Source: an uncultured Thermococci archaeon
GTDB lineage: Archaea > CAYQAE01 > CAYVLA01
DNA: 26,930 bases
Reading direction: 5' to 3'
Assembly (NCBI GenBank): GCA_964549615.1
Contig: CAZJVP010000100.1
Location: forward strand, 1 to 26,930
A model generated the notes under the pieces. It was not told the origin of the DNA and made no database searches. It was given only the letters and a program-made list of their open reading frames with translations. Below, one piece after another: positions 16,400-24,468 of the stretch (the first letter of the stretch is position 1; every line of letters begins with the position of its first letter). Position numbers and translations under genes: made by a program.

Positions 16400-17275
16400 T
16401 CATGGTTGTGAGTTCCTCCCTAAGGTGAACAGGACGTCATGCCAAGCCTTTCGTATCTCACGGGACGCAGGGCAACGGGGCGAGTATTCGACCACCGGTT
16501 CGCCTGCCACCATGGCCCGAATCACGGTTGGATCAAAGGGTATCATGCCTACGACACTGACGCCGTTTCGCCGGCAAGACTCCACAATGCTCTCCGCGTT
16601 CGCCTCGTTGATGTCGTGCATGTTGATGATGACCACTTGTCTGACCTTGAAGTGGTTTGCCACGGCCATCACCCTCTCTAGGTCGTGCCGCCCCGAGAGG
16701 GTTGGCTCCGCGACCATGACCGCTAGGTCAACGCCCGTGAGAGAGGAGATCAAGGGACACCCTATCCCGGGCGGCCCATCGATGAGTATGGTGTCTAGGC
16801 CTTCCTTCTCGGCTAGGAACCTTGCGTTCTGTCTTACCAGGGCCACCAATTTGCCCGAGTTTGCCTCGGCGGTGCCGAGCTTCGCATGGGACATCGGCCC
16901 GTACTTGGTATCGGAGATGTATGCGTGGCCGGAGACCCTCTCTCGGAGGCTGATCGCGCCTGCCGGACAGACGTATGCGCAGACGCCGCACCCCTCGCAC
17001 ATTATCGGGTCGACCTCAAAATCCCTGATTGCGTCGTATCTGCAGGCATCCTTGCACAGTCCACACTCAGTGCACTTCTCCTTGTCGATCGTCGCAAGCT
17101 TTGAGCCTTGGAATTCCTGTTTGGAGACCACTCTTGGTCTGAGGAGCAGATGCAGGGTGGCTGCGTCCACATCGCAGTCAGCCAGAACGATCCTGCCGGC
17201 CAGAGCGGCAAAGGATGCAGCTATTGTGGTCTTTCCTGTCCCTCCCTTGCCGCTGGCTACCACCATCTGCCTCAT
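16400..17275 (-). CDS. MinD-superfamily P-loop ATPase with inserted 2x[4Fe-4S] ferredoxin (COG1149), paralog 2
   Basis: SGKGGTGKT, DCDVDA, CTECGLCKDAC, CEGCGVCAYVCP, DGPPGIGCP, EPTLSG; ATG 17275 overlaps the upstream TGA (ATGA). Confidence 0.92.
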   Translation of the reverse strand: MRQMVVASGKGGTGKTTIAASFAALAGRIVLADCDVDAATLHLLLRPRVVSKQEFQGSKLATIDKEKCTECGLCKDACRYDAIRDFEVDPIMCEGCGVCAYVCPAGAISLRERVSGHAYISDTKYGPMSHAKLGTAEANSGKLVALVRQNARFLAEKEGLDTILIDGPPGIGCPLISSLTGVDLAVMVAEPTLSGRHDLERVMAVANHFKVRQVVIINMHDINEANAESIVESCRRNGVSVVGMIPFDPTVIRAMVAGEPVVEYSPRCPASREIRKAWHDVLFTLGRNSQP

Positions 17276-18111
17276 TTGACGGCAGCCTCCTTCGCCCTGG
17301 TCGCGAGCGAGGCCAACTTGTCCTTCCACTCGTGCATCCGGGTGACGAAGGGCGTTCCTTCCGAGTAAAGTTCTGCGATCGCCTTGTCGAACGGAATCTC
17401 AAGGAGAATTGGCACGCCCTCTTTCCGGCAATAGTCGTACACTTTCGTGTCACCGATCCCCGCGCGGTTGACGACGACGCCAAAGGGGATTCCCATCTGC
17501 CGAAGCAGACCGACCATGAGCTCGAGATCGTGGAGTCCGAAGGGCGTTGGCTCCGTGACGAGGATGCAGTAGTCAGTTCCCCATACGGATTGAATGACCG
17601 GGCAGGACGTCCCAGGTGGGGAATCGATGATGGTGATGCGAGTCGGGTTGACATTTCTCTTGAGCTCACGTATGACTGGACCGGGCATCGGTTCTCCCAA
17701 GCTCAGCTCGCCGTACGAGAAGTCGATGCGCCCGGCCGTGCCTGTCTTTATGACTCCGACCTCGCGGTCGACCTCAGTTATCGCCTTCTTGGGGCAGACA
17801 AGGCGGCATCCCCCGCAGCCGTGGCAAAGGTGGGAAAACACCATCGTCCTCTCCGGCACGACAGCTATGGCATGGAACTGGCAGAACTCCGCGCACTTGC
17901 CGCATCGGTCGCAAAGCGCATGGTCGACCTTGGGCACGGGCACGTAGACCGGCCTGACGGCATCGATGCGCGGCTTCAGGAATATGTGGGCGTTCGGCTC
18001 CTCGACGTCGCAGTCGATCAGCTGAACCGGTTCCTGCATGGAGAGCGCCATGTTGACGGCCACTGTGGTCTTCCCTGTTCCCCCTTTGCCGCTCGCTACG
18101 GAGATCATCAC
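17272..18111 (-). CDS. MinD-superfamily P-loop ATPase with inserted 2x[4Fe-4S] ferredoxin (COG1149), paralog 1
   Basis: SGKGGTGKT, DCDVEEPN, CDRCGKCAEFC, CHGCGGCRLVCP, DSPPGTSCP, EPTPFGLHD. Confidence 0.92.
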   Translation of the reverse strand: MMISVASGKGGTGKTTVAVNMALSMQEPVQLIDCDVEEPNAHIFLKPRIDAVRPVYVPVPKVDHALCDRCGKCAEFCQFHAIAVVPERTMVFSHLCHGCGGCRLVCPKKAITEVDREVGVIKTGTAGRIDFSYGELSLGEPMPGPVIRELKRNVNPTRITIIDSPPGTSCPVIQSVWGTDYCILVTEPTPFGLHDLELMVGLLRQMGIPFGVVVNRAGIGDTKVYDYCRKEGVPILLEIPFDKAIAELYSEGTPFVTRMHEWKDKLASLATRAKEAAVK

Positions 18112-18225
18112 AATATTTCCCTACCAACTCCTTGTTTGCTCACATCACCGCACTTTCTTCTTCGCCGGCAGCGATAACTCGCCAGTCGTCTTGTCACCCG
18201 ATTTCTGGTGGGCCGTGGACTTGGA

Positions 18226-19095
18226 TCATCTGACGGAATGCTCGATCGTGTCGACGATCGATCTGAAAGCCTTTGCGGCCGGCGAATCTGGATCCTTTAG
18301 CATGAAGGAAGCACCCTCGTCAGAGGCCTGGCAAATGCGCGGGTCGAGGGGGATCGAGCCGAGAAACGGAACACCCAGTTCGGTAGCTATCTTGGCTCCT
18401 CCGCCTTTCTTGAAGATTTCGACCTGGGCACCGCAGTTGGGGCAGACGAACCCGCTCATGTTCTCAATCATGCCTATGATGGGCACCCTCAGCTCGCGTG
18501 CGAAGGTAGCCGCCTTCTTCACGACGATCTGAGAGGCCTCCGAGGGTATCGTAACGATGATGGTCCCGTCCATTTCGGGGATGAGTTGCACGATGCTGAG
18601 TGGCTCGTCGCCCGTGCCCGGGGGAAGATCCACGAGGAGGAAGTCGAGTTTGCCCCATACGAATTCGGACAAGAACTGTCGGATGGCAGCCATCTTGAGC
18701 GGGCCCCGCCAGATGACCGGTGCCCCGTCCTCTGGGAGGAGGAAGTCCATTGAGACGACCCTGATGCCGAAGCGGCCAACTGCAGGAAAGGCTCCAGGCG
18801 GCCCCACGGTGATATGCTCTCCCCTCATGCCGAGCATCTTCGGGATGCAAGGCCCGTGGATGTCGGCATCGAGAACTCCCACCTGATAGTTTCTTTGGGC
18901 TAGGGCAATCGCCAGGTTCGCAGTTACGGTGCTCTTTCCTACACCTCCCTTGCCGCTTATGATCGCAATCTTGTGTTTGATCTGGCTCATTCTGGCTTTG
19001 AGCAATTCGTCCTGCCCAGAGACCTGCCCCTTGTCGTCGGTCGATCCCTCTGCCATGTTGTGATGGGCAGCTTGGCGGTCGCAATGCTCGCTCAT
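18226..19095 (-). CDS. mrp: Mrp/ApbC/NBP35 family Fe-S cluster carrier ATPase
   Basis: SGKGGVGKS, DADIHGP, VIWRGP, DLPPGTGD, ENMSGFVCPNC. Confidence 0.93.
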   Translation of the reverse strand: MSEHCDRQAAHHNMAEGSTDDKGQVSGQDELLKARMSQIKHKIAIISGKGGVGKSTVTANLAIALAQRNYQVGVLDADIHGPCIPKMLGMRGEHITVGPPGAFPAVGRFGIRVVSMDFLLPEDGAPVIWRGPLKMAAIRQFLSEFVWGKLDFLLVDLPPGTGDEPLSIVQLIPEMDGTIIVTIPSEASQIVVKKAATFARELRVPIIGMIENMSGFVCPNCGAQVEIFKKGGGAKIATELGVPFLGSIPLDPRICQASDEGASFMLKDPDSPAAKAFRSIVDTIEHSVR

Positions 19096-19104
19096 ATTGT
19101 CACT

Positions 19105-20463
19105 TCATGTGGCTTTCGAGCTGCGTCTGACTGCGGCGTCTTCGGCCGCGTTGGCGATCTGGTAGGTTATGGGTGAGCCCGTAAGCGCTGGATGGGTTCC
19201 CATCTGGAACGTCGCGATCTCCTCCATCGTCATCCTCTTCTGGATCATCGCCGCCAGGATGTTGGCGACCTCGCCGCTCGTCGGGCCACAGCAGACCTGC
19301 CCGCCTAGCAGCTCGCCCGTCGCTTTGTCAAACACGAGCTTGACTTTCATTTCGGTGGTCTTTGGCATGGAGGCCGGGTGCTTATCAGGCCCCATCGCGA
19401 TGCCAACGATGGGTTCATACATTGCGTCTCTCGCCGCTTTCTCCGTGAGTCCCGCTGCACACATCGCATGATCGCCGATCGTGGTCGAGAACGTGCCTAT
19501 CGTGCCCTCATTCCTCCTTCGCAGCTGGAAGAGGTTTGCACCCGCGATGCTTCCTTCCCTAGCTGCAACAGAGGCCAGTCTGAAGGCTACCGGCTGCCTC
19601 GTGAAGAACGACGTCTTCTCCGCACAGTCCCCGACGGCGAAGATCGTCTTGTCGCTGGTCCTCATGTATTGATCGACCCACACCGCGCGCTGGTGTCCCA
19701 GCCTCAAACCGGCCTGTTCGGCGAGTTCGGTGTTGGGCGCAACACCAATGGCCACAAGAACTAGGTCGGCTGTCAGTTCCTCGCCCGTGCTCAGTCGGAC
19801 CTTCTGGACTTTCTCATCGCCCAGGATGGCTTCCACGCGACCGTTCACCCTGGTTTTCACGCCCCTTTCCGACAGTCTCTTCTCGGCAAGAACGCAGAAC
19901 TCCTCATCATATGCAAGTTCGAGGCAGTGGGGCAGCATCTCGACGATCGTCACATCTAGGCCCCTTTTCCTGAACTCGTCCGCAAACTCCATGCCGACGA
20001 ATCCTCCACCGATGACCAAGACATGTGCGGCGTCTTTCAGCGCGTCGGACAACTTCTTCAGGTATTCGAAGTCCTTTCTTGCGAAGAATACGTTCTCCAG
20101 ATCGATACCGGGAATCTTGGGGACGATCGGCGATGAACCCGTTGCCAAGACCAGCCTTTCGTATTCGATCGTTGAACCGCTTGAAGTGAGGACCGATCGC
20201 TTGTTTCTGTCTATCGATGTCACCTCTTCGACAAGGAGTTCGATGTTGTTTTTCGATAGGAGGGCGTCAGGAATCAGGTTCTTGTCTGGTGAGCCGATCG
20301 TTCCCAAGATGTAGGGGATTCCGCACGGTACCAGCACCTGCCTCTCCCTTCGGACGAGCGTGATCTGGGCGTCCTCATGATGTGCCCTTGCGGTCACCCC
20401 CGTGGCTATGCCGGCCGCGCTTCCGCCTATGATGAGTATGTCGGTCTTTTCCGTATGGGCCAT
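19105..20463 (-). CDS. FAD-dependent pyridine nucleotide-disulfide oxidoreductase (CoA-disulfide reductase/NADH oxidase family)
   Basis: IIGGSAAG, single-Cys motif VPCGIPY, LATGS, IGGGFVGME, FAVGDC, C-terminal dimerisation domain with THP. Confidence 0.9.
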   Translation of the reverse strand: MAHTEKTDILIIGGSAAGIATGVTARAHHEDAQITLVRRERQVLVPCGIPYILGTIGSPDKNLIPDALLSKNNIELLVEEVTSIDRNKRSVLTSSGSTIEYERLVLATGSSPIVPKIPGIDLENVFFARKDFEYLKKLSDALKDAAHVLVIGGGFVGMEFADEFRKRGLDVTIVEMLPHCLELAYDEEFCVLAEKRLSERGVKTRVNGRVEAILGDEKVQKVRLSTGEELTADLVLVAIGVAPNTELAEQAGLRLGHQRAVWVDQYMRTSDKTIFAVGDCAEKTSFFTRQPVAFRLASVAAREGSIAGANLFQLRRRNEGTIGTFSTTIGDHAMCAAGLTEKAARDAMYEPIVGIAMGPDKHPASMPKTTEMKVKLVFDKATGELLGGQVCCGPTSGEVANILAAMIQKRMTMEEIATFQMGTHPALTGSPITYQIANAAEDAAVRRSSKAT

Positions 20464-20516
20464 CTCCTCTGCCTCGTGATATCCGTGGGTCAGGCTTGCG
20501 ACTGAGCCTGCGCTCG

Positions 20517-20888
20517 TCAGAGGCGGTGACGTGCTTGCCTGCAGGCTTCGGTCAACCCCCTCAGCCCGCCTCCCACGTACCCTTGCACTGCGTCTTGCAA
20601 GGTGGTGACGTCGCCAGTGAAGACGGCTATTCCCCTCATCTGGAAAGCATTCAGCCCCCTTGGCCCCATGCCCTTGACTACCAAGGCATCGGGCCTGAGG
20701 CCTGCGATGAGCTCCTCGACCGACACGCGCCCGCCCAGGTGTTCGCCGGTGTTCTCTTCTACCCGGACATCCTGTATCTTGCCGTCTTTCCCGACCTCAA
20801 CGATGGCGAAGAAGGGTGCCCTTCCGAAGTGCTGGGCAACGATCGACTTTAGTCCCTCATCCCTCTCGATGGGAACGATGACTCTCAT
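20517..20888 (-). CDS. NifB/NifX family protein
   Basis: HFGRAPFF, ENTGEHLGG, KGMGPRG, C-terminal AC...H. Confidence 0.88.
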   Translation of the reverse strand: MRVIVPIERDEGLKSIVAQHFGRAPFFAIVEVGKDGKIQDVRVEENTGEHLGGRVSVEELIAGLRPDALVVKGMGPRGLNAFQMRGIAVFTGDVTTLQDAVQGYVGGGLRGLTEACRQARHRL

Positions 20889-20904
20889 TGTTGTCGCCTT
20901 GTGG

Positions 20905-20950
20905 GTTCAAGAAGCGAATCAGTTATACATCTATTGTTCGAAAATCGAAC
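20905..20950. promoter_or_regulatory. Pair of 15-bp Lrp-type palindromes flanking a TATA-like box
   Basis: Perfect GTTCGA-AAA-TCGAAC at 20936-20950; degenerate GTTCAAGAAGCGAAT at 20905-20919 (11/15, 31 bp away); TTATAC between them. Confidence 0.65.
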
Positions 20951-21007
20951 CAAGCCGCTCCCTGACAATCCAATGGCCAGCTTCCGTTCATCGGTGAGGT
21001 GGGGCTC

Positions 21008-21868
21008 ATGAGGTTGAACCTAGATTGCATTCCTTGCTTTCAGAGGCAGGCGCTTCAGGCCATACGGTTCGTGACCGATGACGACGCCGTTCACGAGCTT
21101 GTCTTGCGGGAGGTCATGAAACGGCTTCAAGACCTCAGGTGGGAGTCCAGTCCGCCCACAATGGCTCGGCAGGTTCACCGGCTGATCAGGCAGCTTGGTG
21201 GAAACAGGGATCCCTACGCACGTGTCAAGAGGGAAAGCAACGATCATGCTTTGAGGCTGTATCCCAAGCTCAAACGGATGGTCGAGGAGAGCAGGGATCC
21301 GCTCATGACGGCTGTCAGGTTCGCGATTGCAGGCAACGTCATGGACTTCGGGGCGTTCCAGGAGTTTGACCTAGAGAAGGCTCTAGACTCAAGCCTGAAG
21401 ATGAGGTTCGGTGTGGACGACTACCCGAGATTCAGGGCGATGCTCGGGAATGCTAGGAAGGTTCTCTACTTTGCGGATAACGCGGGCGAGATAGTTCTCG
21501 ACAGGCTTTTGATCGAGACCATGATGAATCGTGCACGCGTCAACGAGGTCAGCCTAGTGCTCAAGGGCGGCCCGCTCATCAATGATGCGACGGTTGCGGA
21601 TGCAGTCTATGTGGGGCTGGAAAAAGTCCCAGGAGTGAAGTTCCTGAATGTGAGCAACGGAGATCCCGGAACGGGCCCGGAAAGGACCTCTCAAGAGGTC
21701 GTGGAGTGGATTGACAGGCACGACCTAGCCATATCGAAGGGTCAAGGCAACTACGAGGATCTGAGCGAACTGCACAACATCTTCTTCATGCTCATCGCCA
21801 AATGTCCGTTGGTGGCCTCGGATCTGGGGGTCAGTCCGGGAGACGTGGTGCTGAAGTACAGGCCCTAG
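21008..21868 (+). CDS. DUF89/ARMT1-like damage-control phosphatase
   Basis: DCIPCF, DPYARVK, AIAGNVMDFG, ADNAGE, PLINDAT, SKGQGNYE, AKCP. ATG 21008 (ORF opens at GTG 20999). Confidence 0.9.
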   Translation: MRLNLDCIPCFQRQALQAIRFVTDDDAVHELVLREVMKRLQDLRWESSPPTMARQVHRLIRQLGGNRDPYARVKRESNDHALRLYPKLKRMVEESRDPLMTAVRFAIAGNVMDFGAFQEFDLEKALDSSLKMRFGVDDYPRFRAMLGNARKVLYFADNAGEIVLDRLLIETMMNRARVNEVSLVLKGGPLINDATVADAVYVGLEKVPGVKFLNVSNGDPGTGPERTSQEVVEWIDRHDLAISKGQGNYEDLSELHNIFFMLIAKCPLVASDLGVSPGDVVLKYRP

Positions 21869-21909
21869 GAGAGATATCATGGTTGGCCACGACATCGCAT
21901 GGGTTTACG

Positions 21910-21924
21910 CTTCGAAAAACGAAC
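21910..21924. promoter_or_regulatory. Third copy of the 15-bp palindrome, upstream of the Lrp gene
   Basis: CTTCGAAAAACGAAC, 13/15 match to 20936-20950, ending 16 nt before ATG 21941. Confidence 0.65.
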
Positions 21925-21940
21925 TGGGAGGAAGGTCGGA

Positions 21941-22510
21941 ATGGACGATGTGGACCGAAAAGTAGTATCACTTCTGCAGATCGATGGCAGGATGACCTAC
22001 GAGGAGCTTGGCAAACAGGTAGGGTTAACTGGCGTGGGCGTGAAGAAGAGGGTCAGAAAGATGCTCAACCACGAGTTGATAAGGATCTCCGCTCTTCTGA
22101 ACGCCGAGAAGCTTGAGCTTCAGGCAGCCGTGGTTCTTCTCGAAATGGAGAATGCCGAAGCGATGAGACGAATCATAGAGCGGTTCAAGAACTGCCCTCG
22201 CGTGGTGCAGATCTTCTCAACAATTGGAGGCTACAATCTCATCGCGTTCATAGTTGCGGAGGACCGTGGAACGCTCGAAAGCGTATCGATGGAGAAGTGC
22301 TCTTTGAGGAGCAGCGAAGGGATTCGCAGGTCAGAGTTCTATCCCGTGGGCAAGGTCCATTATGCGCCATTTCTTCAGGTGAGGCAATACTTGGCGCACA
22401 AGGGCAGGCAAGAAACTCCCTGCAGTGTGGACTGCCGCCCGTGCGAGAGCTTCCATACCGGAAGGTGCGTAGCCTGCCCCGCAACGATGCACTACCGTGG
22501 CTCGCTGTGA
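21941..22510 (+). CDS. Lrp/AsnC family regulator with C-terminal Cys-rich extension
   Basis: MDDVDRKVVSLLQIDGRMTYEELGKQVGLT HTH, RAM domain (IGGYNLI), tail PCSVDCRPC...RCVACP. Confidence 0.88.
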   Translation: MDDVDRKVVSLLQIDGRMTYEELGKQVGLTGVGVKKRVRKMLNHELIRISALLNAEKLELQAAVVLLEMENAEAMRRIIERFKNCPRVVQIFSTIGGYNLIAFIVAEDRGTLESVSMEKCSLRSSEGIRRSEFYPVGKVHYAPFLQVRQYLAHKGRQETPCSVDCRPCESFHTGRCVACPATMHYRGSL

Positions 22511-22769
22511 TCGAACACCGCGACGTCGGTGACCCATTCCCATCATCTAACGCCCGCTTCCGTCCGGAAGATGGAGGCCTGGGTGGGGTCTCCTGGTCGC
22601 ATCATGATTCGTTTCTAGGTATTCCGGCCCGATTGGCACTTGGGGCTGAGGATCGATTCGGTGAGCCAGCGTTGTGGTGGGTGGCGGGTTGGCCATTTCA
22701 TGACAGGACCACTGCCGGGGCATCTGCCGTCGTCCCTAGGCTGGGTCTGCGGTCGGAGCTCAGGCCTAG

Positions 22770-23341
22770 CTAGAAAAGGATCCTGACCAATCCTTCGTCG
22801 ACCTGCATCACGGCGCCTGTAAGGTAGCTGGCCCTCTCCGATGCTAGGAACACGACCAAGTCGTCGATCTCCCTGGGTCGGGCCATCCTGCCAATGTAGA
22901 TATCCCTCTGCCAGTCGATGGTAACCTCCTCGTAGGGCTCCCGGGTCTGCATGGCCTTCCACTTTGCCTGTTCCTCAAGCCTGCTGGTGTGGGTGAAGCC
23001 CGGGCAGACCACCTTCACCAGAATCCCGTCGGGCGCCAGCTCGTTGGAGAGGGTCTTGGTGAGGCCAAGCATCCCGGCCCTGAGGAAATTCGACAGCTCG
23101 AGCCGATCAGCCTTTCGATATCCTCTTGCCTGGTCAGGTCGGCGTGCACCGGCAGGACCTTGGAACGAGTCACGGACTCCATCTCCCTGGCCGTCCTGAT
23201 GAGCTGCAATTCATCCTTGGCACAGATCGCCACCTTGGCCCCCTCCCCGGCCAGCTCCAGGCCCATGGCCTTCCCTATCCCCTTGCTCGAGCCAGTCACG
23301 ATCGCGACGCGACCTTTCAGACCCAGGTCTACTTCCTCCAT
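22770..23341 (-). pseudogene. Short-chain dehydrogenase/reductase with internal deletion and frameshift
   Basis: DLGLKGRVAIVTGSSKGIG...ADLTRQEDIERLI joined out of frame near 23100 to LSNFLRAGMLGLTKTLSNELAPDG...ASYLTG; the central NNAG region is missing. Confidence 0.8.
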
Positions 23342-23529
23342 CCCTGTGGTTCCGGCCCTCATCAGCTTGGCTATCCACTCTCAATGCTTTTGCCGTAGCC
23401 TGAGCCTGAATTCTGTTCGGCGGAAGCCTTTTATTCAACCGCCCCTTCTGCAAGGAGGAGCCCTGAACGACGTGAGGGATGCATGGAAGGCATTCCTTGT
23501 CGGGCTGGAGGGGCTGGGCAGAGGGTTGA

Positions 23530-24378
23530 ATGTTGGTTTCGGACGTTTGGTGCCAGACCAGCCGCAAGGGTGAAGCGGTACACCAATCGTCGTCGGCGAG
23601 GAATGGGCGCTTGCTCCTTGGTTGTCTGGCCTTGGTGGGTCTTCTCGGGTATGCTCCCGTCGCCCAGGCTCATGCACCATCTGGAATGAAGCTCGCCCAC
23701 GATCCCAACGCAAGCACCTTGATCGTGACCATAACGCATGCAGTCTCGGATTCCAACACGCACTACGTCCGCATGGTGACGGTCAATAGGAACGGGGTTG
23801 CCGTGGTAACGGAGGAGTACACCAGCCAGCCGACCCCCGACACGTTCAGCTACAGGTATGATGTCGCGGCCAAGGAAGGCGATATACTGGAGGCAACGGC
23901 CGAATGCAACCTTGGGGGGTCAATAACCGTGCAGCTCAGCGTCCAGGGGAGCGAGGAACCAAGCACGGAAGAAGGCAGAAGCCCTGGGCTGTGGCCGCTC
24001 CACGCCGCACTCATGGTCACGGCGCTGGTGGTATCGTCCATCGGAACCTACAGCATCTACATGAAGGGACATTCATGGTGGTTCAAGGCTCACAAGGCCC
24101 TTGGCACCTTCGGGGCCCTACTAGGGGCCGCCGGGTTGGCGACAGGAGTCTACATGGTTTCGCAGGCGGGGCGCGGCCACATCCGGGTGCCCCATGCCTA
24201 TCTGGGGTTGTTGACGATAGTTCTCGTGCTGGTGAGCCCCGTCCTGGGCATGCTGTTCCTCAGGTCCAAGGCGGCCAAGCCCAAGATTCGCAGGGTACAC
24301 GTGTGGTGGGGCAGGGGATCGATCGTGCTCATGCTGGTCACGGTCTTGCTCGGGCTCTACCTTGTGGGCGTAATCTAG
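23530..24378 (+). CDS. Exported His/Cys (SOR-like) domain fused to a 4-TM cytochrome b561-like domain
   Basis: Signal peptide ending AQA-HAP; THAV, THYV, AECNLGG; then four TM helices each with His (LHAALM, WFKAHK, PHAYLG, RRVHVWWGR). Start codon uncertain. Confidence 0.7.
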   Translation: MLVSDVWCQTSRKGEAVHQSSSARNGRLLLGCLALVGLLGYAPVAQAHAPSGMKLAHDPNASTLIVTITHAVSDSNTHYVRMVTVNRNGVAVVTEEYTSQPTPDTFSYRYDVAAKEGDILEATAECNLGGSITVQLSVQGSEEPSTEEGRSPGLWPLHAALMVTALVVSSIGTYSIYMKGHSWWFKAHKALGTFGALLGAAGLATGVYMVSQAGRGHIRVPHAYLGLLTIVLVLVSPVLGMLFLRSKAAKPKIRRVHVWWGRGSIVLMLVTVLLGLYLVGVI

Positions 24379-24468
24379 CTCGGTAGCCCCCCTGTGAGGC
24401 AGGCGTGTCAGCGTTAGCGTTCAGCGTTTCAGCAAAGCCTTATCTGTCGTTTCAGCCCACTCCACTAC

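Noticed and set aside
15975-18177. Long plus-strand ORFs of 434 and 320 aa
   Set aside because: Antisense to the well-supported methyltransferase and ATPase genes.
8383-20888. Nitrogen fixation implied by four NifB/NifX domains and MinD/NifH-like ATPases
   Set aside because: No nifH, nifD, nifK or nifEN in the window; these families are common in non-diazotrophic anaerobes.
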